DNA of 64,000 nucleotides from Callorhinchus milii (Eukaryota): NCBI RefSeq assembly GCF_018977255.1, contig NW_024704744.1, positions 27,838,001 to 27,902,000 of the forward strand, read 5' to 3'. Shown piece by piece: positions 1 to 11,912 of this stretch (position 1 is its first letter; each line of letters starts with the position of its first letter). The notes under the pieces were generated by a model. It saw only the letters and a program-made list of their open reading frames with translations, ran no database searches and was not told where the DNA came from. The position numbers and the translations under genes were made by a program.

Positions 1-412
1 AGCAACCAACTCACAGGAACTCTGTTCAACTCAATTTGATTTTGAATGGTATTCCCGGGAGTCGAGGTGACGTGTGCAATGTACTTCCAGGTGCCAGAAG
101 GAGTCTGTTGTTTGAATTCCTCAATTCAATCTCATTTGAAATGACTACATTTCAACCCTATAATCACGGTACAATGAGAAACGAGCTGACAATGAGCTGA
201 TATTTCTTTTTACAGAGAGGGAGTTGAGGATGAATGTTTAGTGATTGGTCAGAGTTTAGAGTTTAGCCCATCAAATTGCTCATGTTTATTTTTGTGCAGT
301 AAAACACGCGCTGTGGCCTTCTTGGGGAGATCAATTCCAGGAAAACAATATTAAACTAAACAACAAATCCAGAACCTTATGTAGGGCCTAAGCTTTACAC
401 AATAAACAATCT

Positions 413-722
413 GCTCAGTGGTTAGAGCACTCGCTTTGCAAGTGAGAGACCTGAGTTCAATTCCAGGCAGGGTGAAACCTTGGGCAAGTTTCCTTACTCC
501 ACACACCTAATAATAATCCTTCCAAAAACAAAAACAATAATAAATTGGTCATTTTCAATCTACGACTGTTTGTGGGACATTGCTGTGTGCAATTGGCTGC
601 CTCGTTCGTCTACAAATATACAGTCAATTCACTTTACAGTGTGTTCTGTGAAGCGCTTTGGGACGTCCTCCCGACGTGAAAAGCGCTATATCAAATGCAA
701 GGATTATTATTATTATTATTAT
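413..722 (+). mobile_element. tRNA-derived SINE (family A) with L2-type 3' tail
   Basis: Head gctcagtggttagagcactcgc...gagttcaattcc (A/B boxes); tail gtgaagcgctttgggacg...gcgctatatcaaatgcaagg(att)n. Confidence 0.9.
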
Positions 723-1049
723 AATCTCAGGGTCAAGTTAAATGATTGTGCTAGGACTCTGAGAGGAATGAACCATGTACCTGGAGAGAGGGAGGGCACC
801 TGCTAGTATTTGTTAAATGTTCCTTAAATAATTTAAGGAACAGTTTAAGGAATACCTCACATTTTACTCTAATATTAAAGGTTATGGAGAAGGAGCAAGC
901 AAATTGGTTTAAAGTTCACAGCTCAAATGGTGGGGGGAGCTGATACCAGCACAGGCCTAATGAGCCAAAAACCATATTCAGTGCTGTAGACTTTCCATAA
1001 TTCTTTGATTTATGTACAATTTCTGCAGTTTGGATAACAAAATAATTCA

Positions 1050-2300
1050 TTGTACAGTGAAATCCCTGTAAATATGAAACCTTTGTGTATTTATGTTTGT
1101 TTTAATTTTATTAATATTGTATTGCATTATCGCTCCAGTGTTTACACCCTGGTTGGTGATAAAATGCTTTCTATACTGAATTTGACAAACAGCTACTAAA
1201 GACAAGGCCAATATAGCAATACTGGTACCTTGGGGGAATTGAAATGGCAAACAGATGTTTGATGGTTACCAGGTGCTGCTGGAGCTACTACACATGTGTT
1301 GTTAGTCTAAGAATGGCTGTTTCTCATGTCACACCCTTTATAAGAGAAAATCAGTATCACAGACACCATTTCCTCTAACCTGTTCTGATCTGGATGACAG
1401 CAGAGGATTGTGGCATTTGTTCACAACAGTGCTCTTTATCTGTGGAGATAGCTACAAGTTCAAGTCAAGTACTGACATAAGTGATGACATTTATTTGTCA
1501 TCTCTGGCTCCTACGAATCAACAGGGTCCCATGTTTAGACCAGTTTTTAGAAATGAGTGATTGAAATCCTGGAAGGTTATTTAGAAATTCTTCTCTGAAC
1601 CGATCATTGAAGCTGAAATGTAGCGACAAAATCCCATTCTCAGTGTCTGTCCCTTGTTTTAGCACTCTAACTTGATAATGTTGGACTTTTCCTGTCGTGG
1701 CAAAACCCCATGATAAATACAGTACATATCTTCGCATTCACTGTTATCTAGTTATTATCCGATATTCTACATTGTTTAGTAGGAGTTAAATGACCACCAA
1801 AGGAGAGATTTCAGCACTGGACTCTCTCGTTAGGTGGTATCCACATCCAATTACTATTTTCTTATGTGATGACCCCAAGCCTGCTTTCATGTTTCCTGAT
1901 ATATCAATCCCACTCTTGCTGAATTCTCCAGAGACTGAGGACTGGATTTGACTCTTGCTTTGATGTGAAGTGTGCACCGTACTAACAGCTTCATCACAAC
2001 ACCCATCTAGGGACCTTATCAGAAGTGCAAGAGAGTGCGAGAGGATGAGAGGCACTTGGACTAATTTTAGACAAAGTATATGTGAAGTTTCAGAAAAGAC
2101 AATTAGTGCTGCAATCCCCCAAAAAAGGAATGTCTCCTATCAAGTGTCTCTGTTGAAAACATTGTAAACTTTACAGATCAGACAGTTTCGACACTTGCTG
2201 CACTAATGCAAATTCTTTGGCTATTTGCTATTTTCATGATACTCTTGGTTCAAATTACATCAATCCTGGATATTAATAAATGCCAGTAGAGAATGCTACG
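1050..2300 (-). pseudogene. Decayed MACPF/perforin-like domain coding sequence (multiple stops and frameshifts)
   Basis: ORFs 1786..2055 and 1498..1737 share one frame; ordered motifs ICKVYNVFN, LF*NFTY, a Ser/Gly-rich SSVSGEFSKSGIDISG segment, FREEFLNNLP and HGTLLIRRSQR*QINVITYV; recognised by eye only. Confidence 0.45.
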
Positions 2301-2464
2301 TTCTCCATGGGAAATCAAATTACATAAGAAAAAAATACATGCAGGATTAATGTAAGACATCTGCCTCCCCTTTCCCCAAATTGAATTTGTTTCTTAAAAT
2401 TATTCAGCTTCATTTGTATTACAGGGATCTTGGGGTGTAATGTTAATTTTTTTCTTAATAATAA

Positions 2465-3225
2465 AATACAATTTATATTTATGTAGCGCCTTTCACATCG
2501 GGAGGATATCTTAAAGTCATTGACATTGCTGTTTGGGCACCCAAGCTGGGGGTAGCAGCTGAAGTGAAAGTGCGATCAAAAATCTACATCTTGAGATGGA
2601 CCTTGAACAAGTTGAAGGAGGGAGTGAGTAGGAGGTACTCCAGAATGGAAGATTTTTATATAGTGAAGGAGGCTGAATGGCTGAAATCCTGCCCTTCAAT
2701 GTCGGCACATAGAGTAGGCGATGGTGAAGCAGGCCAGTGTTCGCTGAGCAAAGGGAGTGGCTGGGTCAGTGTGGTTGAAGGAAGTCATGGAGGTGGGGTG
2801 AGACTCTGGAAGGATTTCAAGTGAGAATGAGGATCTTGAATTTGATCCATTGGGAAATGGGGAGCCAATGGAGCCAGACGAGGATGGAGGCGATAGGCTC
2901 GTGGAGCCCGGTTCAGGAAAGGATATAGGCTGCAGAGTTCTGGATAGTTTGCAAATTTGTAGGGAGAGGCAGATAGTCCAGCAAGTAGGCATTAGTGTAG
3001 CCAATAAAAACAGAAGTCACTGGGAACGCTCAGCAGGTCAGGCAGCATTTATAGAGAGAGGAAAGTGAGTTAATATTTCAGGTTGATAACCTTTCATCAG
3101 AACTTTCGTCAGATTTCCAACACATACAGTATTTTGCCTTTTGATTAGCAGAGTCAAACCTGGACATGATGAAATCCTGGATGAGATTCTCAGCAGCCAG
3201 GGGGAGAGGTAGTTAAGGCAATGTT
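2465..3225 (-). mobile_element. Degraded L2 LINE 3' fragment with nested Penelope-derived element
   Basis: Reverse-complement similarity to the L2 copy at 7413-8194; L2-type tail near 2465-2520. Confidence 0.7.
3005..3145. mobile_element. Short Penelope-like-derived element with hammerhead ribozyme core on the minus strand
   Basis: ctcagcaggtcaggcagcat...gttaatatttcaggttgataacctttcatcagaac; minus strand reads CTGATGA-aaggtt-atc-aacct-GAAA-tattaac. Confidence 0.65.
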
Positions 3226-3382
3226 ATTTTTTTTTACACACTTCTATACCATTATACAAAATATACTTAAAACACAACCCATTATAATGGAGTAACCTTC
3301 TGGTACTCCAGTTTTCCAATTAAAAGTATTAATAATTACCACAAATTAAACAAACTTTGCTAGGTAAACAGAGGCATGTGGA

Positions 3383-3478
3383 ATAAGGAAAGTTGCCCAA
3401 CATTTTGTCCTGCCAGGAATCGAGCCCAGGTCTCTCACTTGCGAGGGGAGTGCTCTAACCACTGAGCTACAGGACTCC
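3383..3478 (-). mobile_element. SINE family A head fragment
   Basis: Reverse complement reads ggagtcctgtagctcagtggttagagcactcc...gggctcgattcctggcagg. Confidence 0.8.
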
Positions 3479-3844
3479 ACAGACTATACAGGACTAGTCA
3501 GGATATAGCTTGGGGGAGGGACGCACATAAAAAGTGACACTGGGAAATGCTATAAAATCACAATATCCAGAGGCCATAAACAAATTATGGAATGCTGTTA
3601 AACGGGAGTTTCAGGAAAAAAAACAGAGGCAGATGAGACAGCAGTAAATGTGTAAAATTCCAGCACAGCTTGGAGAAAATGCCAAAGAAGAAGAAAAACA
3701 AGCCAATCTGGGCAACAAAGAGGGAAAATCATTTACAGCACAGAAGGAGGCCATTCGCCCATCAAGTCTCCACCGGCAATGGAGGAGATTGCCAATGTTT
3801 AATGGTGTTATTATACATTTGGACTTTGTGTGAAAAATAGAACT

Positions 3845-4235
3845 TACCTTGTCCTGGTGTTCTTACATTGTCCTTATTGCATCAAAACATCTAACAGCAC
3901 TTTACAGTAAAAAAACATCAAGTTTGTTGACTGCTTTTTGTAGGGAGCCCTGAGCAAATGCCCACAAACACCCGTGGGATGAATGATCAATTTTATCTGG
4001 AAGATTGTTAGCAAGGATAACAGGGAAGCTTCCTTCTCTTTTCAAATAATGTCCACCTGAAGAACAGGCAGATGGGACTGCACTTTAACATTGTATCTGA
4101 AGGATAAAGGATGGTACTTCTAGAAAATTAGTGTTGCTCTGAATCTGCCAAATTAGACTGAGAATTGAAATCCTGTCATGAGCCTTGAATCTAGAACCTT
4201 TCGATCCAAAAGCAACCATACTGCCATGTGAAACA
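3845..4235 (-). mobile_element. Diverged Deu-domain SINE (family B)
   Basis: gtccacctgaagaacaggcagatggg...tttaac Deu-like core; tail and head remnants. Confidence 0.6.
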
Positions 4236-5609
4236 AAGTCTCAAGTAAAAAATAAGATGTAAATCTACACAAAAACAAAACAGGTTTAGATGAAGGTGTT
4301 TTGACCCATTTAACCGCACCCTTTCAGCATACAACAAAGCCCCTTGTCTTCTCATTGCAACATCAAGCTGTTTCTTAAATCAGTCCTGTTTTCGTGTCTC
4401 TACCATACTTCCTACTAACTTGTTTCAACTTTTGCATACTAACTGCACAAAGGAATACTCCCAGGTGTCCTCAGAACTTGTGCCCACTTGTTTTGCTGCC
4501 TTTGGCATATATGAATCTGTTGTTCTAGGTTTACTTTTTTTTATTGCGCTTAAGATTTTATATAATTTAAAAGGCGTTTTCTTCATAGTTTAACCCTCTA
4601 ATACCGAGCTGGAATTGAAGTTTGTATTCCACTGGGTAGGAAAAGTGCAGGAGGTTTAACAGAGCGGATCAGAGTGAAAGTGACTGGAATTTCCCACCTC
4701 ATATTGCTTTTGTTTTCCCCTAGACCCTTATGAACACCGTTCCACAATCTGTTAATGCCTACCATTCACCACTGGATGCAATCATACTTAACGTCTTCCT
4801 AATGACTTTCCTTGTTTGCCTTCTTTTATCCTAAGTAGGGAATCCCACTCTCCCCCTTCACAATGTCAGTTTTGATTGACTTTCTGTGGGTTTCCAGCAT
4901 TTCCGATTTTACTTCTGTTGACGCTTTCAAATTGCATGTTTTTATAAGCATGAGAAAGAAAAGACTCCTGAAAGAGTTACTGGGGTGACAACATTCTTTT
5001 TAAAATATAATATTTTGTGAAAAACATTAACTTGTGGCATTACGCCTTGGTTGTCCTGTCCTTGCTGTATTTGTGTTGGCAAAAAGAACAGTGTGTGCAG
5101 CCAAAGTCCTCATGCAAATTTCTGTCTGAAGTGCTTTGAGGATTGCCACACCCTGCCCTGAATCGAGCAGTCACATGTCTTATGATGTGTCTCAGCACTT
5201 TCATCAGTGGGAACCACAAACACCAGTTTTATTTTTAAGCAGTTTATTTTTAAAAAGATTTGCTGAATGAAACAGAAACAGATGCCAACATGCTGCTTAT
5301 GAAAGCAAAGGAAAAACATGACAAATCCAAACAGTCAAGTCTTTTTACAATTGGTGGCAAAACATCAAGTCACAAACATTTAGATAGTGCTGCTATCAAC
5401 CTATTTGTGTGATCAATCTAGAGGAGCTAATTAATACAACGATGCTGCATAACAAAGCACCAGTACGGAAAGTTGCAGGATTACAACAACTTTAAATTAT
5501 ATGGTGCCCTTCACATTAGGTAACATCTCTGAGCTCTTTAGAGGGATCAGCACTGGACCCCGAGCAAGGAATGGGGGGGAGGCAGAAACAGAGGAGAAAG
5601 AGATAGAAT

Positions 5610-5880
5610 TTGGATACGCCGAAGGTACGAAGAAAGACTTGAAAAGTTAGGTCTTTTTCTCTAGAGCTGTGGCGGTTAAGAGGTATTCAAGATTATGAAG
5701 AATTGAGGTAAGGTAAATAGTAATAGATTGTTTCCACTGGTCCGTGAGTCAGAAACAAAAGAGCACACATTTACGATAATGCCAGAAAGAATTAAAGGAG
5801 AGAGCAGAAAAAAACTATTTGCACAGAGGGTGGCTGGAATTTGTAATTCACTGGCAAAACCCGCTGGGGCAGAGTACAAT
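5610..5880 (+). mobile_element. Degraded CR1 LINE fragment (ORF2 C-terminus)
   Basis: Similar to the CR1 copy at 33849-34529 (ttgtttccactgg, ggaatttgtaattcact). Confidence 0.6.
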
Positions 5881-6049
5881 CATCAACAAACCTTCACTTA
5901 AAGGTACAGCAGTACAAATGTTCAATAATTTTCTACTGTAGGCAAAATACACAGTAATACAACAGTATATTAAGTCACTGAACAAACGTTCATCAATCTA
6001 CAGTGATCACAAATATATGTTACACACAGGCAATTTATTGTTGACAAAT

Positions 6050-6325
6050 CTCAGCAATATTCCCATAAAGGCATCATTCTTATGTCAAGAGCAACTCCCC
6101 CATGATACTTCAACCAGGAGAAACTCCCTTGACATCCACCTGAAGAGGCAGACAGGACCTCAGTTTAATGTCTCATCCGCAGAATGCAGTGCTTCCCCAG
6201 TATTGTATTGGAGAGTCAGCCTGGTCTGTGAGTTCAAATACTCAATGTGAGGCTTGAACCCACAACCTTTTGATTCAGAGGTGAGCATGTGAGCAGAGGT
6301 GAGCATGTTAGCATTTGAGCCAGGC
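6050..6325 (-). mobile_element. Deu-domain SINE (family B)
   Basis: gacatccacctgaagaggcagacaggacctcagtttaatgtctcatccg; head cttgaacccacaacctt. Confidence 0.75.
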
Positions 6326-6511
6326 CAAATGATCTGTTTCTGAACTATAATATTCCATGAAAAGTGCCTGGAAGGTAAAGAAGTGAGCAACTCCTGAACA
6401 AAAGAGAAGTCCTTGTATCACATGGAGAAGGATAAACAACTCTATCACATCCATCTTCTATGGGTGGGGAGACAGAAAAAGAGAGCAGACTCGAACAACA
6501 AATAAAGGAAC

Positions 6512-7290
6512 ACTAGGAATAGGAACATAGGAATTAGGAGCAGGAGTAGGCCATTTGGCACCTCAAGCCTGCCCTGCCATTCAATAAGATCATGGCTGAT
6601 CTTCTAACCTAACTTCATCTGCCCCCCTTATCCCCATATCCCTTAATCCCTCTATTCTTTAGAAATCTATCAATCTCAGTCTTGAATATGTTCAAAGGCT
6701 GAACATCCACAGTCTTCTGAGGTAGAGAATTCCATAAATTCACTATCCTCTGAGTGAAGAAGTGTTTCCTCAACTCTGTTCGAAAAGGCTGACTCTTAAT
6801 CTTAAGACTGTGACCCTTAGTTATAGATTCTCCTACCAGAGGAAACAGTCTCACACTGTCTATTCTGTCAAGCCCCATAAGAATCTTATATGTTTCTATA
6901 AGATCACCCCAATATTTCTTCTATATTCTAGAGAATATAGGCCTAGTTTATTCAACCTATCCTCATAGGTCAACCCCCTCATCCCAGGAACTAACCTAGT
7001 GAACCTACACTGCACCCCTCTAAGGCGAGTATGTCTTTTCTTAAATAAGGAGACCAAAACTGCACATAATATTCTAGGTGCGGTCTCACCAAGGTCCTGT
7101 ACAGTTGCAGCAAGACTTCCCTACTCTCGTATTCTAACACTTTTGCAATATGTGCCAACATGCCATTAGCCTTCCTAGTTGTTTGCTGTACCTGCATGCT
7201 AATTTTTTGTGTTTGCTGTACAAGGACACCCAAATCCCTCTGAACATTAGCATTATCTAGTCTCTCCCCCTCTAGAAAATAATCTGTCTT
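6512..7290 (-). mobile_element. 5'-truncated CR1 LINE (RT ORF2 C-terminus plus 3' UTR)
   Basis: ORFs 6991..7233 (LYRTLVRPHLEY..QFWSPY) and 6615..6878 (FFTQRIVNLWNSLP) are typical CR1 ORF2 motifs; 3' tail repeats near 6515-6535. Confidence 0.93.
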
Positions 7291-7412
7291 TTTCTGTTTT
7301 TACTACTGTAATGTATCTAATGTAAAGCCAGAGGAAAGGAGATTAAAAAAAAGGGCAAAACAAAGTGAAATCATATTTACCCCAATCCAGTACATCATAA
7401 CTGGGGTGGTGC

Positions 7413-8194
7413 AAGTTCTCACCTCCTCCACCTACCCGACCTCCCCCTAAAACTCTCCGAACCCATACGCAACCTAGGCGTCAGGTTCGACCCCCAATTA
7501 TCCTTCCTCCCCCACATCCGGTCCCTCACCAGCACCATTTTCTTCCACCTCTGATGCATTGCCCATTTCCACAAATACCTGTCTCTGAAGGCCTCTGAAA
7601 CCCTAGTCCATGCCTTTGTCAACTCTTGGCTGGACTATTCTAACACCCTCCTCACCGGTCTCCCATCCACTACCATCCATAAAATCCAGATTATACAAAA
7701 CTCTGCTGCCTGCGTTCTCACCCGCACCAAACTCCGCTCCCCGATTACCCGAGTCCTTGCCAGACTACACTGGCTGCCTGTCCCAGAGAGGATTGACTTC
7801 AAGATCCTCACCCTTGTATTCAAATCCCTTCACTCCTCTGCAGCCTCCTACCTCTCTGACCTCCTCTCTCCTCAAAACAGTGCTCGTTGCCTTCGTTCCA
7901 CCGGGTCTGGCCTCCTCCTTGTCCCCCGAGTCTTCTGCTCCTCCCTCAGCGGCCGTGCCTTCAGCCACTATGCCCCGAGGCTCTGGAACTCCCTTCCTTA
8001 CTCCCTTTGCCTTGCCCCCTCTCTTTGTATTTTCAAGTCTCGGCTGAAGAACTTACTTTTCAACCGCGCCTTTGGTCACCTTCCTCCCCTCTCCCCCTGG
8101 CTCGGCCCCGGGATCCGTTACTGTGAAGTGCTCTGAGACGCTGTCCAGCATGGAGGGCGCTATATAAATCCAAGTTGTTGTTGTTGTTGGTGAT
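7413..8194 (+). mobile_element. 5'-truncated L2 LINE with (GTT)n tail and 8-bp TSD ggtggtgc
   Basis: Encodes the L2 RT C-terminus (NLGVRFDP, LVHAFVNS, LHWLPV, RLWNSLP); tail gcgctatataaatccaagttgttgttg; ggtggtgc at 7405-7412 and 8195-8202. Confidence 0.92.
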
Positions 8195-8202
8195 GGTGGT
8201 GC

Positions 8203-8785
8203 TGATTCATTTTCATCCTTGCTATTGATCATAATCAAAGTACTCAAGCTTCCTGTCATCATCTCTTTGCTAGCAAGATAATAAGCAGCCAATGGCCAGC
8301 TAAGAGGTCTGAGTAACTCCCCAGGCTGGATAACCCTGTCTGATAACCCCTCTCCACACCCACCCCACTGGGTGGCACCACTGCCTCCACTCTTACACCC
8401 ATGCTCACTAGGGCTTCATATCGGGATCTGAGTATGAATGGGAGGAATGGAAACTGTTCCTTCCCCAGTGTCACAGTACGATTTTTGACACTGGTGTACA
8501 CAGCTCCACCACGGGGTGTGAAGTCAATTTGTTTTGTATAGCCTGCTAATTCAAGTGGCATCAGTGTGAAGTGTAATAAAATCCCCGCATGGCGTTCTCC
8601 AGATCTCATCCTGCTCCTTTGAGGGAGGTGCCAGCTGGGAAACAGATGTTCTCTGCTGGAGCAGTGAGACAATCTGAGGTTCACTCTCACGCACATCCTC
8701 GTCACTGATCACTGAGCAGCTGAGGGAAGTAGCAAGATTGGTGCAGGTCTCTTGCTTGTGCCTCTTGATCAGGGAGTGGTGGGAC
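8203..8785 (-). pseudogene. Candidate decayed coding exon of unknown family, interrupted by an L2 insertion
   Basis: Polypyrimidine tract plus TAG acceptor at 8786-8788; two overlapping protein-like frames (78 aa and ORF 8259..8705); non-repetitive composition. Confidence 0.3.
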
Positions 8786-8844
8786 CTAAAGAGGTGGAAA
8801 AATCAGAAAATACATTATATAAGAAAATGAAAGCATATCGTCTA

Positions 8845-8985
8845 AGGTGGCTAGATCTTTGTTAGGTAAAGGTATCAAGGGATATGGAGCAAAGGCAGGT
8901 AAATGGACTTGATGTACAGATCAGCCATGATCTAATAGAATAACGAAACAGGCTTGAGTCGCTGGCCTATACCTGTTCATATTAT
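8845..8985 (+). mobile_element. CR1 3' end fragment
   Basis: aagggatatggagcaaaggcaggtaaatgg...gatcagccatgatct...ggcctat. Confidence 0.75.
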
Positions 8986-9334
8986 CATAGAGTTGTAACA
9001 GAGGATATGGAGTAAAAGGATTAAGTGGTGATTTTCCCCCAATGGTAAATTTACTGACCTTTGATAATGGCTGTATATTATTCTCCACTTCTCCAACCAC
9101 AAACCAGATAATATAAAGGTTGGCATAGTTATTGACACAGGGAGATATGGGACTGTTTTTCTCATATGACCAACAGTCTGAGTTCAAGAGGTTATTGGAG
9201 AATGGTAACAATGGAACTTAGTTTGGCAAAGGCATTATGTTTTGTGGATCAAAAACTGATGCCTAAACACAATGCATGTTTTAAGTTTCTGCAAAGTGTT
9301 GTTCAAGATACCTAGTAACACTTCTATGTAATAA

Positions 9335-9720
9335 AAAAATTGCAACTTGATATATATAGCACCTTATCACGTAAAAATATCTCAAAGTGCTTTCATGTAA
9401 CTTTCAGTAAAGTGTCGTCACTGTATTTGTAGGTGAACGCAGCAGCCAATTTGCGTAAAGCAGCGTCCCACACATAGCCATGAAGTGTTCTGATTGGGGA
9501 ACTGTTGGTCCAGATATAGGGAGAAACTTCTTTTGATTTTTGAGTCGGGCCATGGGATCTTTAATGTCCACCCAAGAAGGCAGATGTGACCTCATTTTAA
9601 CATCTCCTCTGAAGGGTGGCATCTCTCTGAAGTTGCAGCTTTCACTCGAGTGTTAGATTGTACTATAAACTCAGAATCCCGACGTGGAGTTTGAATCCAC
9701 AACAATCTGAATCAGAGGCT
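9335..9720 (-). mobile_element. Deu-domain SINE (family B)
   Basis: gccatgggatctttaatgtccacccaagaaggcaga core, L2-type tail and tRNA-like head. Confidence 0.85.
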
Positions 9721-10454
9721 ACATATACACCCGCTATCTACATATACCTCAAAAGGGGCAATTCACAGCAACACATTAAATATGTATCACATCAAATGTA
9801 CCCAGGCAGATCAGTTAACTCAGTGCAGACCAGGGTTGGATTCTGTGACACTCTTGGTCTGTTTGCCTCAGTTACTCCCCCAAATAAAGTTGCTGAACCA
9901 TCAGGAAACCTGACACCAGACTTTGATGCAAGTACAAACTTATCAGACACCACCAGACTTATGAAAGCAAATCCAGAAACACCCAGCACTAAAAAAATAG
10001 GTCTGCGCATGATTTGTGACTCCTGACTGATATGGTCTGATTCTCTACATTGCAGATTCAGCATTAAAAACCATCAGTTTTCTTAAAACAATACTCTATA
10101 TGTCTTCAAATATCTCACATCAGTCCAGATATGGATAGCATGGACAAGACTGCTGAAGCCTTTCATCACAGCCTAAGAAATAGGACAGACATTTTGTGCC
10201 TATATCCAGACACTTTAGTACACATCTCCTCACCAGAATCTATACAACAATATTGTGATAAATGTGCACTTATTATTTATACCATTTTTGTTTTTCCATA
10301 TCTTTGATTTAGTCCCTCCAATATTCCTTTTCAAACAATTTGCTTGTCAGTGTCATTCATTCAAATTCCACAGCAAATGCTACTTGGCCTGATCCTTTTA
10401 CTAATTTTGTGAGTCAGAATAAAATGGAAGCAAACGTTTTTAAAAATCATCCCT

Positions 10455-10785
10455 GCATTTCGTAAAGTAACATCACATTGTCAAGACATTTTGAAAGCCT
10501 TCACAGGATATATTGTGATGTGGTGTGACTGCGTATTTTGTGCTAAGAATGTGGCAGCCAAAATTTGTGCACAGCAAATCTCACGTATAGGCATGGAGTT
10601 AATGATCAGTTTTATTTGAGGGATTGTTGACCAGGATACTTATGGAAAACTCTCTTCTCTTGTTGTATAGTGCTATGAGATCTTTAACACGTACTTGAAC
10701 AGGCAGACAGAACCTTAATTTAACATCTCATCCAAAAGACAGCACCTCCAACAATGCAGCACACTCCCAGCACCGCACTGGAGAG
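10455..10785 (-). mobile_element. Deu-domain SINE (family B)
   Basis: gaacaggcagacagaaccttaatttaacatctcatccaaaagacagcacctcc. Confidence 0.82.
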
Positions 10786-10975
10786 TGGAGAAAGAGGTGG
10801 GGGATGGAGTGTGGAGAAAGAGGTGGAGGAATCAAATGGATAAGTACTTCTGCTGTAGAAACACAGCAAATGAGGAGACCATCCAACCCATCAAGCTTGT
10901 TGTGTCAGTTTATTAGATAATGGCAGAACATTAAAGGTGGGGAAATGGGATTAAAAGAAATATACCCCACCGAAG

Positions 10976-11043
10976 TGTACCCTCAAATGCTTTACTGTCT
11001 AGAATCTACCCCAAATGCTTTACTGTCTAGAATGTACCCCAAA
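10976..11043 (+). repeat. ~28-bp tandem duplication (caaatgctttactgtctagaat...)
   Basis: Directly visible repeated unit. Confidence 0.8.
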
Positions 11044-11689
11044 ACGTTGACATCCATTTGATCAGACATATGTTCTGAACCCATGATGCAAGAGAAGCTT
11101 TTCCACTTGTCCTACCCAACAAATGAATCAGTAATTACAGTAATTCCTACAGTGTAGCCCAGAATTACCTTATAGAGCAAAGTCACTGTATCTCGGCTGC
11201 ACCGTTGACCCCATTTATTGCACATTTGTGCATCCAGCCTGCTCGAATCCAATGCTCCACTTGGATTTTGGGGCTAAAATGACCATATGGTTGATAAAAA
11301 TTACTGTTGGATTTTATGAATGCCAAACACTGTGTTATAACGAGGTTAATCTACAAATTTTACTTTAAGACTTGATATTATAGGTGATCTATCAAACACA
11401 GAGATTGCTATTATCAGTTTACTTGTCTAGAGATTCACTGTTCAGCAAAAGCTGTTCTAGTACTGATTCCAGTCATTGTTTTGTTAAGGCATTCCAAAAA
11501 TATAATGGTCCCTTATGAAGATTGTGGGAGTATGTTTTACACACATTCCCTCTTGATGATTTAGTCTATAAAGCACTAAGTAATGTAAAACAAAACCATT
11601 CATGGTGAGTTACCTGATAAAGTTACCTGGTGTGTGGGTGTTGGGTAAGAATAGGATCGGAGGTGGGGAGTGATGCCAAATAGCATGCC

Positions 11690-11912
11690 AATAACAATCC
11701 TTACATTTGATATAGCACTTTTCACATCAAGAGAACGTCTCAATGCGCTTCACAGGACATACTACATAGGTAACTGGTTACTGGCTTTGCAGGCAAACAC
11801 GGCTTCCAATGGATTGTCAGCTTAGACTGTGTGTTTAAAGTCCTGATGTGGGGCTTGAACCCACAACCCTCTGACTCAGAGGCGAGAGTGCTACCACCTG
11901 AACCAGACTGAC
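11690..11912 (-). mobile_element. Internally deleted SINE (family B head joined to tail)
   Basis: Tail at 11690-11760; head ggggcttgaacccacaaccctctgactcagaggcgagagtgctacc. Confidence 0.75.

Noticed and set aside
1-412. RUNX2 terminal exon (VWRPY)
   Set aside because: No such coding sequence seen; synteny is only an expectation from other gnathostomes
413-480. tRNA-like sequences (also ~3430-3478, 28360-28424, 37530-37594, 58308-58375)
   Set aside because: SINE heads with A/B boxes running into a SINE body, not tRNA genes
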